Shown piece by piece: positions 38,894 to 53,537 of a stretch of 64,000 nucleotides of DNA. Numbering within the stretch: position 1 is the first letter of the stretch; every line of letters starts with the position of its first letter. The stretch lies in NCBI GenBank assembly GCA_964016885.1, contig OZ024740.1:223510001-223574000 (forward strand). Reading direction: 5' to 3'. The position numbers were made by a program, and so were the translations under genes. The DNA comes from Eledone cirrhosa (taxonomy: Eukaryota). The notes under the pieces are model-generated. The model was not told the origin of the DNA, ran no database searches, and worked only from the letters and a program-made list of their open reading frames with translations.

Positions 38894-41800
38894 TGCACCT
38901 TGCTTTTGGAAGATCTCTAAATATAGTAATATAGATATGGCTAATGGTACTCTTGATTAGTTTTAGGGCATCCAGCTGTAGAAACCAAGCCCCAAATCGG
39001 TTTTGTATGGTCACCTCACTTGGCATTGCTCACAACAGGATAACTCATCTAACCCATGCCAACATGGAAAATGGACGTTAAACGGTGATGATGATACAAA
39101 ACCTGCACGGAATGCCGGGATGAACATCGTAAAATATTCCATCTGACATTCTAATGACTGATTCTTTATTTAATTCATAAGGATAAAAAAAAACGGACAA
39201 AACATTCAAATTGTAATTATTATTGCTATGCAGACATATTAAGACTGTTGGTCATGATGATGATGGTTGATTAGAAAATTCAGATATTTCAAATCCGAAT
39301 TCTTCTTACCCATTGTAGACACTATCACTCTGTTGCAACTATTGGCAGAAGGTTGGATTCTAACTCGAAATGCAGGGAGCCAGCACAGATACCATTTTAT
39401 GCATTAACAATTCTGCCAATCCATGTCCATGGGTCCTGTATCTTAATTATCGAACCTAAAAAAGGGATGGTAAAGTAGATCACTGCGGAATTTGAACACA
39501 GAATGCAGCAAACCATTATTTCTGATGTTGTAACAACACTGACAATTTGCTATCTTATTCAATACTTTGATAATGTCATGGAGAGCATCGGTGCACATGT
39601 CCATTGTCCCAGACCCTCAGTAATGAGGATGTGAAATGGCCAGTAGATAATTCAATAAGAAGATAATAATATACATCAATAAACCCATTGATTGACATTT
39701 CATTTATTCCAAAGTAGTAAAATGATCTAGCTTATACACAACTATAACTTTAAACTCTATAATTAATGTATTATTTGTTTTCCCTGCTAGTAAGGGCTGG
39801 ACAGGTCATCATTGATCAACCCAGTACATAATTGGAGTCCTTCGTCTCTCAGACGACCATGGATGGATGAAAACTGACATATGTTCTCAATCTCTACAGA
39901 ATACACCAGGTGCTGCATTTTATCATGGCACCAGCTCTTGGAAGTTTGTCCTCTCAAACCTTTCTCTGGCAAGTTTTCTATGACTGATTACCTTGCTTAT
40001 CATCAACCATTATACAAAGTTTGCTGTGAGTGTTTTATCATGTCACAATCATTAGTGAGTTTGTCATGGTCTTAACACAACTAAAAAATCCTCTGAATCC
40101 TTTTTGGCCATGGTGTCTACAGTTGAATGCCCTTCAAATCACCAACAACCTTACTGGGTGCATTTTCGTCACCCCAGTACTTAAGAGATTGTTGTGGTTT
40201 GCAGAAGAGTTCTCTCAACCCTTCAAAGCATAGTTTTTACAGATGGAAAAACTCTTTCTGGAAACACCAGCCACCTTACAGAGTGTGGTTGGATGCATTT
40301 TATCGTGGCACTAAAACTAGGGAGGTTGTTGGCTACAGACATACCTCAAAAACCTACCCTATGAGGAGGAATAGGGTATGGAGAGGTAAGGATGATATTA
40401 ATGATGTGGGTAAATGATAATAGGTGGAGCAGTAGCAAGTATGACAAATATGGTGAAGTTCAAGCATGTGATGTTGAGGGGGGGAAAGGATGAGAAAATA
40501 TGTCAAGTATGTATAATAAAGTGGTCGAGTTTGACAAAATGACAGAAAGGATGGAGCTGCGTGGAGAGGGACACTATGATGATTTGAACAGCTGTAACTG
40601 CTGTGTTATGATTTAAAAGGGACATCCTAAATTGATAACTAAAGGGCAATAGTGGAGGTGGTTGGTATAGGAAGCTCAGATTACATTCTTCTGCTTGTAG
40701 GCATGCCTTCTCTTTTGCAGTGTTACATGCTGCCAATATATGTAGGAATTTGTTATCTGTGCCACACAATTCAGCTTTCTCATGTGATATTGTTTTAATT
40801 TTATATTTAATCAAATATGTTTTATAGGGCAGTGTCCCGTTTTTGGTTATCTAAATATGTCACATAAAATAAATTAATTACAAGGATAAAATTTCATAAC
40901 AATAATTCTCAAATCAAGAGTTGAATTGGTGCAGTGCAGCTGAAATTATTAGTTGTTATTTACAATGTTTAACTCTACAGATCTGCAGTTTATCTAATTT
41001 ATATCTAATTTAACCATTAATTTTGGATCAATATATGGGATATAAATAATAGACTTTTCAAAAACAGAGGTGTGACTAGAGAGTGTAATACTAAACTGAT
41101 TTTTATAAGAGTAGATAAAAGTTCTTCAGGATTAATAATATATTGGGAGTTAAATGTGATTTGAAGTAAAGTTTATGGTTGAATTTGCCAAAGATAAAGA
41201 TTCAATACTGCATATTCATGCAACCCATGCTAAAATACAGCTGGACATAAAACCATTAATGATGATGAATGATGAAAATATTTGGGTTTATTTTATTATC
41301 AATAAATCAATATTATTTTATAGCTGCTGAGCATGTATATTGGCAAAGTGCTGCCGAACTAAGCTAGGGCTATAAATACATTCTCTACTTAAAACACAGT
41401 AAATGGTACATGTAAAATATTTCATCTATCTACTATGGATAATATGGTGAATTTAATAGCAAGCTTGTTTAAATGTTTAGATTTATCTGCTGATATCAAT
41501 CTCCATTACTTTGAGTTCAAATCCCACATTTTATTGCAAATGTATAAATGAAATAAGTAGAAGTAATATACTGAAAAAATCATAATGTAATTAGGTTTAA
41601 AATCTAGGAGGAGCTTCTTTTGGTTTCCATGATGAGTGTTCTATTTGTTTGATCAATGGTACAACTGGCTCTGAAATTAACAGACATTTGTACCCTTAAT
41701 ATGATTCTCAGTGAGATTATTCACAGCACTGGAAATAATGTTTGGCCCTTCAAATAACAGATATAGTCCATTTAATAGTTTGTATCTAGTAAATATCATT

Positions 41801-43729
41801 CACAAGGCTTATGTTGACATGGGGCTATGGTAACTGACACTTGCTTAAGATGCTATACCATAGGATTGAATGTGTTACTTTGTAATTTCAAAGCAAACTT
41901 CTTAACCATTCAGACATTCCATGGCCACAGGTTATTTCTGTATCTGTATAACATACCTATTCCATAACAGATCTAACTATAATGAATTTCAGTAATTCTG
42001 ATCTAAAGTCTCACAGTCAACTTGCCCATATAATACTCAGCTTTCTGTATCATTTTTTAAATTTACCCAGACATACTCACTGCTAATAAGGATTTCTAAT
42101 TTTGACATGGAGTCATCATTTTTTGTTTTAAGGAGGGGGGGGGGGGGCATGGATGTCGATTATATCAACCCCAGTACTTGATTGGCACTTAATTTTATTG
42201 ATCTAGGAAAGATGAATGGCAAAGTTAAGCCCTATGGGATTGAACTCAAACTTTAAAGAGCCAGAAGATATACTTCTAAATATTTTTCTAACATTCTAAA
42301 AACTGTCTTAATCCACTGCTTATATATCCACATCTAATAATAAGATCATAAACCAAATCTTTCAACAGTTCCTCTTCACAGTTGCACTCTAATAAATCAC
42401 AAATATCCTTTGCATTTTTCATGCCCATTTCACACCTTTTTGCTTTTGATAATGATCAGCACTAAAGCAGGCTATACAAATAAATTCTGTGGCTCTGCAA
42501 GATAAGGTTTCTTTTACATTATAATAGAATGTTTTATCTTGGAGAGGAATAAGTACCAGCAATTACTTCTAAGGCTCACTGGAGCCCCATAAAAGACACC
42601 CAGTCAAATGACTAGTATAATACATCAAGGACTGGCTGTGCCCATTGCAAGAACTTGATTATTGGTCATTGTCTTAGATGTGAATAATCTTTCTCTCTAA
42701 AGAGATTTTTGTTTCATTCAATGTCGTATTAAAATTAGATTGGTTCATATTTTCAATAACATAAAGGCAGGGGTTCTGCAATTTTCAGAAAATTATATTA
42801 GTGTTTCATGGCCAAATAAGTTTGAGAACCACTTGTCTATGATAATCTTTCGGTTTGCTTGATCAGCTGCCCAAAACTATAAAATACATAACTGCATTAC
42901 TTCCAAACCAATACTTTATTCTCTATTAACCTTTGGTATTGCTTAACACTTGCCAAAATTATAAATGATATAATCTTTTTTGATCGACCACCAATATCTG
43001 TTACTTCCAACAAAGGAGTTGATCAACATCCCCACAGGTTATTGCTGAGCAATCAAAAATCAGATATTTCAAGTATAGAAATCATTAGCTTTAACTTAAT
43101 TTTGAAATCAGTGTTCAAAAGATAACAAAATTTTGACTGAAAGTTTAAATTATGCCAATGGAGTAAGATTCGTTATTAATGTAGGTTAATTATACATTAG
43201 GATATTATATATATAAATGTATATATATATAGATATATATATATATATATATCTCCTGTTTTTATATTTTACAAAATACTTTTGCTGTTTTACAGAGTCT
43301 CTCATGGCATTATGGGATTGTTCACAGGAAGAGTTGAGCTTATAACTAAAAGTTATTTAAACACTTGATCATGTTACTGTAACACGACTGCTTATATCAT
43401 AGTATTGCTAAGAAGATTAAGTCCTATATTGTCAATCTATACATTGATAGACTCAAGTAAGCAAAGATTTGAAGCATACATTGATAGGATGAAAATGGGA
43501 TCATTGGTTGGTAAAGCCTGAATATAGCATTTCAGCTGAGTGAATGTAACTGCTAGTTAACAGCTATATAAATAAGCTTGTTATTACTGGTACCATCAGA
43601 TAACAACACGTATCGTCGGTGTTAGATTTAGACCAATGGGGGGGGGGGGGGGCTTGGACAGTTCAGGTTAGCTGGGCCCCTCTTAAAACAAGAAGCATAT
43701 TATGGCCATTTTTTCTGTTAACAGTTGAC

Positions 43730-44200
43730 CTTGTAGATGCCATTACAAGCTTCTACACTTTGCCATATTGACTGTATTCTCCCTCAACCTCAATGGCTTT
43801 CGTCTCTTCCACCATCATCCCAAGTCATGTATTTTTTGGGTCTTCCCCTTTTGCTACCTCCCTCCTTATTCAATTCCCTCATTCTTCTCACTAATTCACT
43901 TTCATCATTCCTCTACACATGACCCAACCATCTCATTCCTTTTCTCTCCACAACATCAATCATTGACTCTATTCCCAACCTCTGCAATTCATTGCTGGTT
44001 ATTCTCTTTCTGAACAATATTCCACTTATACAAATTACCATTCTAATTTTTGCTCTTTCCATCCTTCTCTTCTGCTTCACATTCTAGGTAATGAACGTGT
44101 TTCACACCTGTGAAATCATGGCATTTCTCACACTCTCAGCTTACATCGTTCCATCACTTTCAATGATATTCTTCTCCTCATTAACATGCCATAATTTTCC
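43730..44200 (-). pseudogene. Decayed RTE-like LINE fragment
   Basis: Minus strand encodes a G.V.R.DE / G..KRGRPKK-like C-terminus of an RTE ORF, with stops. Confidence 0.45.
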
Positions 44201-44574
44201 TAGAACTTCTACTTTTTGTGTATGGATCCCTCATAAACAAAAATTAAAATACTCTGCAAATTACAAATTTACATATCAAAATCCATTTAGAGTACGAAAT
44301 TGTAATTGACAATTTATATATATAAAATTTGAATGCAAAAATAAATTATAACATAATAAAGGATTTTTCATAAAATTATGTTGGGAAGATACATTTAAAC
44401 ACTTTAAAACAGTTGTGTATTATAGAACCAGTTTCAATTGGTTTGGATCAAATTATATTGCATTTTAAAATTCAACAGTTAAAATACATTTGTCCTTTCA
44501 TTATATAATTTATCAAATCTTCATAATCTTCATAAATTGTAGATAGGTTCTCTTACCTGGGTGACCAAATTAGA

Positions 44575-45193
44575 AGTGAGGAGCACAGTAGCCAGAGTGA
44601 TAATGGGTTAGAAAGTTCAGGGAGTTACTACAAAAGGTTTTTCCCTCAAAATGAAAGGGAGACTATATGATGCATGTATATGAACAGCAATATTGCATGG
44701 TAGCATGACCTGGGCACTGTGTGCAGAGGAGCTGTGAAGATTGGAAAGAAATGAAGCTTCGATGCTTTGATGGATGTGCAATACAGGAATAGCAAAGCAT
44801 AAATTAACTGAGAAAGAAATTAGGGACAAGAGGGATCAGATGCAGTGTGCAGCAGAAAATATTGCATTGGTATGAACACTTAAAGTGATTGTGTAGGTGT
44901 CACAACAAAAAGTACCCAGTTCACACTGTTAAGTGGTCGTGTAGGAATTGCAATAAAAAGCATCCAGTCCAGACTGTGAAGTGGTCATGTAGGTATCACG
45001 ACAAAAAGAACCCATACACTTTCTAAATGTGGTTGCCGTTCAAAAGGGCATCCAGCTGTAGAAACTAAGCCAAAATTAGTTCTGTGTGAGCAAAACATGT
45101 CCTCTGACCTGTCTTGTCTCACAATGGAATGGCTCATCTAACTCATGCTAACGTGGATAATGGATGTTAAAGGTTGATGATCATAATGATGAT
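44575..45193 (+). mobile_element. RTE-clade LINE 3' fragment with (GAT)n-type tail
   Basis: Degenerate KGRLYDAC...LHGS.TWA..AEEL.RLERNEASML.WMC, then CACTGT.AAGTGGTC repeats, GGGCATCCAGCTGTAGAAAC and a GATGAT tail. Confidence 0.75.
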
Positions 45194-46559
45194 ACACACA
45201 AATATATATACTCATCAAGCACCATCATTGATTTTTTTTTTACATATAAATATACATGCACTCATACACATGTGTATATACACATACACCATACCATACA
45301 CAATACCTTTTCCAACATTCACTAATTGGTATCACTAAAGTAGAGAAATTTTAATGAATTGATACAAAATTGACATTGATTACATTTTTTAAAAACAGAC
45401 TCTCAAAGATATAAAATTGCTTATAAACAGGGCCTCTTTCTATCTTTCTTCTTAAAAAGCAGCAGGGAACCCTGGTCGAAGAGGGAACCCTGTTTGAAAG
45501 AAAAAAGATTATTCGAAGGGGACCTGCTCTAAGAAGGAGGTCCTATTTGAAATGGATGCACTGTTTGGGTAGGAGGGGGTGACAAAGAAGGCCAGAGCAA
45601 TCTTATCCTGAACTTTGAAGTTAAGATTCTCTTAAGTCATATGAATGTGCTGCAAAAGTAAATTGTAGCATTGAGTCTCAAGAAATCTATGGATGAAAAT
45701 ATTAGTTTTATAGAGATATACATCCAAGGATAGATAGTTGAATATGTAAACACTTGGAAATATAAATATACATACAAACACACCTATAAATAAATAAATA
45801 TATGTGTGTATGTGTATATATATCAAGGAAATATCAAAGGGAGCTTAGAACAAATCTACTGTTATAGGTAAAAGAATAGAAGACAAAGAAAAAATATCAG
45901 AAGATAATTGAAATGGTATATTCCCTAACAGTTATAACAAAATAGTAAAATAAAGATTTAGAGAAAACTGTATTTGATAGAACAGTGAGATGATGTAACA
46001 ATAAAGAACATATCTTGGAAGAAGATAAACATATATAATGAAGGGAGTTTTAAAATTATAAGGCAAATAAAGGTGTAAAGAGATGCTTGAAAAATGTATT
46101 GAAAACTCCATTTAAGAATTAGCAAGGCAAATAGATATAATATTGCAGAAAATATAGGTCAAATTTGATTATAAAATGCTAAAATATGGAGTGTAAATTA
46201 GCTTATTAAATTTCTCCAAATAATATGCCAGTGTGAAAAAGCAGGTGTTATATGATGATGATCATCATCATCATCACCATATTTATCTATATTCAATTTC
46301 CAGAAAGGGTATTGAAAATAGGATGAATTTTTGTCATAATCATTATCATCATCAGAGAGGCAATTTCAATGGTGACATAGGTTAGATGGGTTATTGCAGT
46401 CCTCAATAAGACATGGTTGGATAGTCATGTACATTTCATATTTTGGCATGGTTCCTACAACTACATGCCCTTTCTTATACCAACCTCTGCACTAAGTGTA
46501 CTGGGTGTATTTAATCACCCTTTCGCTAATGTATTATATATATATATATATATATATAT

Positions 46560-47335
46560 ATCATCGTCATCATGATCATCACCTCTGGCAGGTTTTTTAC
46601 AGCTGGATGCCCTTCCTAACACCAACCACATTTACAGTGTGGACTGGGAGCCTTTTCGCCATGTCTCCTACACAACCTCCTTCCAGTGTGACTGTTATGT
46701 CATCGACACTGTAGAGAGAATGGGAGATGGAGGATAGGGGAGGGTGTGTTGGTGGGGTGTACATTGGGTTAAGAGGTGCCTACTAACTGTAGGTTTGTAT
46801 GCAATGGCAGTTGGGTCTTCTGTACAACTACATGGTGCCAAAGGTCTCGATCCAGTGTCATTGTCTTAGAGAGGTGTAGGTGGGCAAGGTCAGTTTTTAT
46901 CACCTAGTCCCTGGTTTTTTTGGTCTACCCACTCCGCAGCTTCCATCAATTTTCATTTCCCTGCACTTTCTTATACAGCTGGCATCCTTCATACACATCA
47001 CATGTCCATACCAATGCAATCTCCTCTCCAGAACACAACATTTGATACCTCTTATGCTTAGTTTCCCTCTTAGTTCATTTATGCTTCGCCTTTCGCACAC
47101 ATTACTATCACACATCCATCGGATCATGCAAGCTTCATTTCTTTCTAATCTATGCAGGTCTTCAGCATTCAATGCCTAAGTCTCACTACCATGTAATATT
47201 GCCATTCATATACATGCATCATACAATCTGCCTTTCATTTTTAGAGAAAAACCCCTTATGGCCAACAGCGGTATTAGATCTCTGAACTTTTTCCATCCTG
47301 TTCTAACTCTGGCTACTACACTTGGAGAGCATCAA
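46560..47335 (-). mobile_element. RTE-clade LINE 3' fragment
   Basis: ORF 46900-47172 (AEDLHRLERNEACMIRWMC...LHWYGHVM...GRPKK). The 3' UTR motif and a (GAT)n-like tail lie at 46560-46650. Confidence 0.8.
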
Positions 47336-47399
47336 CAGTTTTCCTAAAGATGGTGACATAAATGGACCTGTTTATTTTTGCTCTAAACCCGTTTTCTTT

Positions 47400-47565
47400 T
47401 CATTTCTACCACTGCCCATCTCCTCAATCTTTCTCATTCTATTTTCTGATGAAGGACTAGCACCCAAAACGTAAAGACTCTTTTCTATATCAAGTGTAAA
47501 ACCAATAATATATTTCTACCTTGTACTGTATCGTTTGGTTTGTTCTTATTTCTGTTTGCCTTTTG
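47400..47565 (+). mobile_element. Probable Penelope-like pseudo-LTR relic with degenerate hammerhead core
   Basis: CTGATGAAGG-actagca-CCCAAAAC at 47446-47470; the expected GAAAC reads AAAAC. Pyrimidine-rich context next to a TA repeat. Confidence 0.45.
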
Positions 47566-47781
47566 CATACATACAATCACACACACATATATATATACGT
47601 AAATAAGACTAGTATTGTACCCAATCAGTCTACGAACATTCAGCTAAGACCCTGTAACCATGACTCCTGCCAAACGAGACCATACTGACGCTCCAAATTC
47701 AGCAAATCAAACGTGGACAACCCATCCTACCAAACACGACTTACACAACTTGACCACAATAGACACCTAATGGGAAAGACA

Positions 47782-47913
47782 AATGTTGTCGAGCTTCAAC
47801 TGTCTAATTGCATGGTTTCTATATAATAAATCTAAAGCTATATGTATATATATATAGCTTTAGCTTTATTATATAGAAACTATGCAATTAGACAGTTGAA
47901 GTTCGACAACATT
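47782..47913. repeat. 132-bp near-perfect palindrome centred on a TA tract
   Basis: AATGTTGTCGAGCTTCAACTGTCTAATTGCAT...ATGCAATTAGACAGTTGAAGTTCGACAACATT. Confidence 0.9.
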
Positions 47914-47969
47914 GGCAAGCCATTTAATGGGTATATTATATATATATGAATATATATATATATATATAT

Positions 47970-48088
47970 AATTGTTTCTACTTTTGGCACAAGGCCAGCA
48001 ATTACCCAGTACATTACTGGTACTTTATTTTATCGACCCCGTAAGGATTAAAGGCAAAGTTGACCTGGGAGGGATTTGAACTCAGAAT
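47970..48088 (-). mobile_element. 5'-truncated SINE
   Basis: Reverse complement of the SINE body and tail (GGCACAAGGCCAGCAATTACCCAGT...GGATTTGAACTCAGAA). Confidence 0.8.
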
Positions 48089-48317
48089 GAAATGGCTTGC
48101 CACATACAAGCCAAATCACAGGAAAAAGCTTGGACAAGACATATTTCAGGCAATACCCTAAAAACGAATACTCTTTCTGATGCCAACTCTTGCTTGTATT
48201 TTAAGTAAAATGCCAATCATCACAGATCAATAACTGACCTGTTAGAAATATTGTTTAAAGAAACATTACTGCCTGCCAGTGTCAAACCCAAAGTGAAGAT
48301 ATACACAGCCACATACA

Positions 48318-48660
48318 GGCGCCCAGTCCACACTGTAAAGTGGTCGTGATGGTGACACGACAAAAAGTGCACAGCCTGCATTGTAAAGTAGTCATGATGA
48401 TGATATGGCAAAGCACCCAGCCCACACTGTAAAGTGTTTGTGTAGGTGTCACAGCAAAGAGCACCCAGTACTCACTGTAAAGTGTTTGTGTAGGTGTCAC
48501 AGCAAAGAGCACCCAGTACTCACTGTAAATGAAGTTGGCACTAGGAAGATCATCCAGCTGTAGAAACAAAGCTAAAATAGGTTCTGTATCAGCAGGACAT
48601 GGTCACCTGACCTAGGCATTGCTCACAACAGGATAACTCATCTAACCCATGCCATCTAAC
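48318..48660 (+). mobile_element. RTE 3' UTR fragment with 48-bp tandem units
   Basis: CACTGTAAAGTGTTTGTGTAGGTGTCACAGCAAAGAGCACCCAGTACT occurs exactly twice (48425, 48473), followed by CATCCAGCTGTAGAAAC. Same motif at 44900-45060 and 61940-62130. Confidence 0.75.
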
Positions 48661-48706
48661 CATACATCTATATATATATATATATATAAATACACATACA
48701 TATAGT

Positions 48707-48795
48707 GGAAGTAGAGAATCAACCACAAGCTTGGTGGTTTTCGACTAGTTACCATTTCTGGCCAAAACCAGCGAGTTTGGTAGATCCCCCACTTC
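48707..48795. repeat. Imperfect fold-back related to 63117-63213
   Basis: Shares AAGTAGAGAATC and CTAGTTACC/GGTAACTAG with the 63117 hairpin; sits between TA tracts. Confidence 0.55.
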
Positions 48796-49634
48796 TATTA
48801 ATATACCCACTCTGTATCTTACCAAGTATCAAGTAATTCTTTGATTTGTACTCTTCCTGGTCCCAGTACCACAAACTATCAATATATATGTGGGTATATA
48901 TATATATATATGTGTGTGTATGTGTGCGTGTGTGTTTATATACATATGGTGGGCTTTTTAGTTGTCTCCGTCTACCAATTTCACTCAAAATGCATTGATT
49001 AGCCTGTAACTATTCTAGAAACCCAAATCAAATATCCTAACCACACAAATATTTATGCAATTTATACATATTTATTTATTCATAAAATGTGTTTTGCTCA
49101 GTCACTCCACCAAATGGTACCTAATAGTCTATTTAATGATCAATTTTCCTTGAATTTCAGAATTGATCTACATTTAGTAAAATCTATTTTGGCAGAGTAG
49201 TTTCCAGTTTTACATGAAAACATTTTTAGATATAAAATATAATCAGATAGTTTTTAATACTTTACTAAGTAAATCATATTTAAACACGTGAATCTTCAGA
49301 AGACACGTAACATGTCTATTTCAATTTAGTTCTTAAGATTAGCGGATACACATTTTTTTCCACATAACTTCATAAAACACTTAATATTTGTTCAGACAGC
49401 TGAAGAAATTTATTGTTGTGAATTACTTGTTTGGTTAGAGTTGACTTTAATTGTTCTTAGGCTGTAAAAAAAAGTAAGAAATGTCAATATTTTGATAAAT
49501 AGTTGAAGTTATGAAGTACAGTAGTGATATAAACTTCCCCCACACACTGATATATATATATATACACATACTCATAAACATACATATATTCATCATTCAT
49601 ATATATATATAAACATACACACACATATATATAT

Positions 49635-49637
<3 letters not shown>

Positions 49638-49702
<65 letters not shown>
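49638..49702. repeat. (CA)n microsatellite
   Basis: Direct inspection. Confidence 0.97.
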
Positions 49703-49707
<5 letters not shown>

Positions 49708-49834
49708 TACAAATTTATACACACATATCTTAATTTTATTAGAAATAAAAAAACAATACTAAACATCTACTGGCTTTAAACTGTCTTGCTGAAAAACTGG
49801 TTTTATCTGCATATTAATACTCTATGATCGGTGA

Positions 49835-49990
49835 AGTTATGGTTGAGTTGTTTAGAAATCTGCTTCCCAATCAAGAAATTCTAGGTTTGATCACACTGCG
49901 TTGCATCTTAGGCAAGTTTGCTTACTTACAGCCTCAGTTTGACACAAGCCTTTTGAGTGAATTTGGGTTAACGGAAGGGGTGTTGAAGCC
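49835..49990 (+). mobile_element. Second tRNA-derived SINE family, decayed
   Basis: TGCTTCCCAA.CA...GGTTTGATCACACTGCGTTGCATCTTAGGCAAG. Inverted relatives near 900-960, 41800-41920, 55460-55580 and 63560-63655. Confidence 0.5.
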
Positions 49991-52900
49991 CATCGAATGG
50001 AGTGTTCCTCTAATTCAAAGACCCAGCATTGTCTCATAGTCTGAGATGACTCCAGTCCCATCCAGCAAGTACAATAAAGCAGATGCCTTTCATTTACTAT
50101 TTAGTCAGGAAGGGAAAGATTATCTCCACATCCATTTTGCTGAGACTTACAGGTGGATGGATTAGAATGAGAAGTTATTTGAAAACTGGAGACATGACCC
50201 AAATACTTGCAATAGAGAGAACTCTACTAAAGGCACCCAAATGAGGTGATGGATTAAATCTACCAACAATGTAGGCCAGTGTGAGATTTTATCTCAGAAC
50301 ATAAAGAGCCAGGAGAAATAAGGCATGATATCTCATCTGATGCACTATCACAACCCTAGATTTGTGTTTTATTCTACTGACAACAAAAGGATATAAGGCG
50401 AAGCCAGCCCTGAGTGGTATTTGAAATCAGAGATCCAGAATAAAGAACGCAAGGAATTTTGCTCCATGCTCTAACCATACTGCCAATTTGCTGCCTTTGT
50501 AAAAAGAAAAGTCATCAGTATGTGCTTCATAAATCAACTTATTTTTTGTATACTAAATGTAAGATGTTTTCAAGATGAAATACTGGTGAAGATGAACGAG
50601 ATAAACTCTTACCATTCAGCAGATTATGTATAAAAATGAGTTTGGTAATTCAACTGTTTATATATTCCTTATTAGTGGACAGATCATTGTAAACATTTGC
50701 TGTATTAGATTGAAGTAATTAATTTTTAATGTGACGTAGGCGATTATGCTAAACATACTATTATGTGTGCATGATTGTTAATGAAGTCCTAACATCCTGT
50801 AATTATTTAGCAAAAAATATAGGAATATGGGTTTGGTAATTCAAATGTTTATAGTATATTTACTATTAAACTAAGGTCTTTAATTGTTTTGTGATGCAGT
50901 CATAGAGCTATGTTGTAATTTTCAAGAATATTTTACTAATGTGGTTTCATGTGGTAGAGGATATTAAAAGTTAATACAGCCACTCATATATTTCAACTTA
51001 TAAAGTGAAGTTGTTCTCTTTAAAAAAATATTATACATTATCAAAATATGTTATACTACCAAGCTGGCTGATTTTTTTAAATTCTTTTTTTAACTGGAAA
51101 TATATTTAGCAGCAAATTATGGTAAATAGTTTCAGACATTTGTTACATAACTGTATATATTGATAACATTATAAAACTCATAAACTAGGAAATTTATTTC
51201 TATAACTTCCACTGCTAAAATATCTTGCCATTTCTGAAGATATAAATTTTGTTTTCTATAGGACACCTGAGATAGTTAATATATTGCTGGCATATATTGT
51301 AAAGCAACTCTCCTTCTGAAACAATAGACCAAGATTTTGTGAAAGAAATTTCTAAAATTCATGTAAAATATCCTTAGCTGTGTAATGCCCATGAAATTTT
51401 CTGAATTATTTGTCAGTATAAAATTTACCATGGTATGACAACAAACACAATACTGAAATAGCTATTGCATTGTGAAAATTATCAAGGGATTTCATCATTT
51501 GTTGTTTCTGATTGGAAGCTAAGCCAGACCAAAGGTTGAAATGAAAGCAGTACAAGCATTTAACATATTTGAATCAGTGAGTGGGAAGTGAGAACACATC
51601 ACCCAAAATGTTCTGTTATTATCATGATTGTGTGTACCCAATTTAGAATAGATACTCTGTATCTCTGCATGATGTAAGAGAAAACTGAAAGGGTTGGTAG
51701 CAGGAAAGACACCTGGCTGTAAGACATTTGATCAAAGGGTGCATACTCATTATCGGGTGCTATCATGGGGTCCACGATGCTAACCTTTGCTTTAGCGATG
51801 AAACTGGTCATAAAAGGTTTGTGTTGTATAATCTTTATCGATTGAGCTGGGTGCAATTCAGTTTCTTTCAGAAATCATATAGGTAATGTTTCATTAAAAC
51901 ATAGACAAGATGAAAACCAGAGAACATTTGTTTACCTTCTGGTCAAATGAGAACATCTTTTGCATCTTGCACAGTGAAATGTAATATGAAATAAACAAGA
52001 AACATCAACTCATAGATTAGAACGATGGAATGATAAATGTATCTAAATATTATAACTAACTAACTAACTAAAGTGTTGTATATACTTGTGTTTAAGTCAA
52101 ACCTATTGATTAATTTCACTTCCATTTTACATATATTTACAATGTACTATATATTTTGTAGGTGGTGAATTAGCAGAGAAATAATGGTATATTAGTCATA
52201 TACTTCAGTATCTGTTCCAGCTTACTGCATTCTAAGTTCAAATTCTACTGAAGTCAACAAATAAAGTACCAATTCAATACAGGAGTGGATTATTTTTCTC
52301 TCCTTCTTTCTCTGGAAGAAATCAAATGTATTATATAAGCTGGGAATGTATGGGCTCTCCTAGGTTTAAAATGCCAAAGACATGAAGAGTATTGCTATAA
52401 CACCATCAGAAGTTATATATTGCCACGAAAAACCCTAAAAATAAATCACGAATATCTGGGATCGTGAATGCCAGGGGTACACTGCATGTATATATATATT
52501 ATAATCATTAGTTGTTTCTGCTAACAAAATTCAACATGCCATGAAATGAAAATAATTTCTTGAAGTGTTGAATTTCAGTTTCTCTAAAGAACAAAAATTA
52601 TTTTGTTTCCCGTTTTATTTACATTTATTCATTATTATTATTATTTTATGAAATAGAAAATTATTATTGAAGAAAACTTGATTGAAGACCTTGGGGGAAA
52701 TGTTTCCAACATGTGTTTTCTCTACTTAACTGTCTTTATTAATGTCATTTTTTTTTCTGACTGTATACTTGTCAACGTTAATATCTGTACACAATATGCA
52801 AATATTCCTCTCATAGAAATTTTCTTTTAATCACCTCCAAATTCCTAATGAGATTTAAAGCTCAAAATTGAAATTCTATCATATTAAATGTGATAATATA

Positions 52901-53537
52901 ATTATTTACTGTGAAAACATTGTTTTGGGATACTCAAAGGGTTCAGTGAGAAATATAATAGAAATAACCAACTTTAAATTACCTTAAGTTCAGCGAAAAC
53001 ATTTTTTTGTTTTGTTTTAAATGAACATTCAACACGAAAGGGACTTGTTTCAATAAATTTATTAATTAAACTTTTCGAAGTTGTCTTTTTTTGTTGTTAT
53101 AAAACTTCTGTGTGAAAATATTTATTTTTCAATAATCATTAATGGTAAGATTTGCTTTGACTTAGCTATTCTTAACTAGATCCATGCCAACTAAAATTAG
53201 AATAGCAAAATGTATATTGTACTAATGGTATGAGGAGGGCTGAAAAGCTCATAGGCTGACCATGAAGGATTGATGCTAGGCTGTACAATCTTGCATGTAT
53301 TAATTTTAACTCTTCATAATAATGACTTAAAGTTGATGGAGTGACAGAATTAGTAAAGGATCAAAATAAATGTCTTAGTATTGGGTTGTGAATCTTAACA
53401 TGACATGTTCAAATCCCATCTACCTAGTGTTTGCTTTACACAGGTTATGAGATTAATAATATAAGTAATATGATTGATTCAGTCACCTATACTTCTCTCT
53501 AACAAATACCTTACATGGTGCTCATTTCAGAAATCAT

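Noticed and set aside
48425-48530. CRISPR-like direct repeats
   Set aside because: Units are contiguous with no unique spacers, there are no cas genes, and they belong to the RTE 3' UTR in a eukaryotic context.
51599-51856. 85-aa ORF or possible exon
   Set aside because: No recognisable domain or consistent splice boundaries in any frame.
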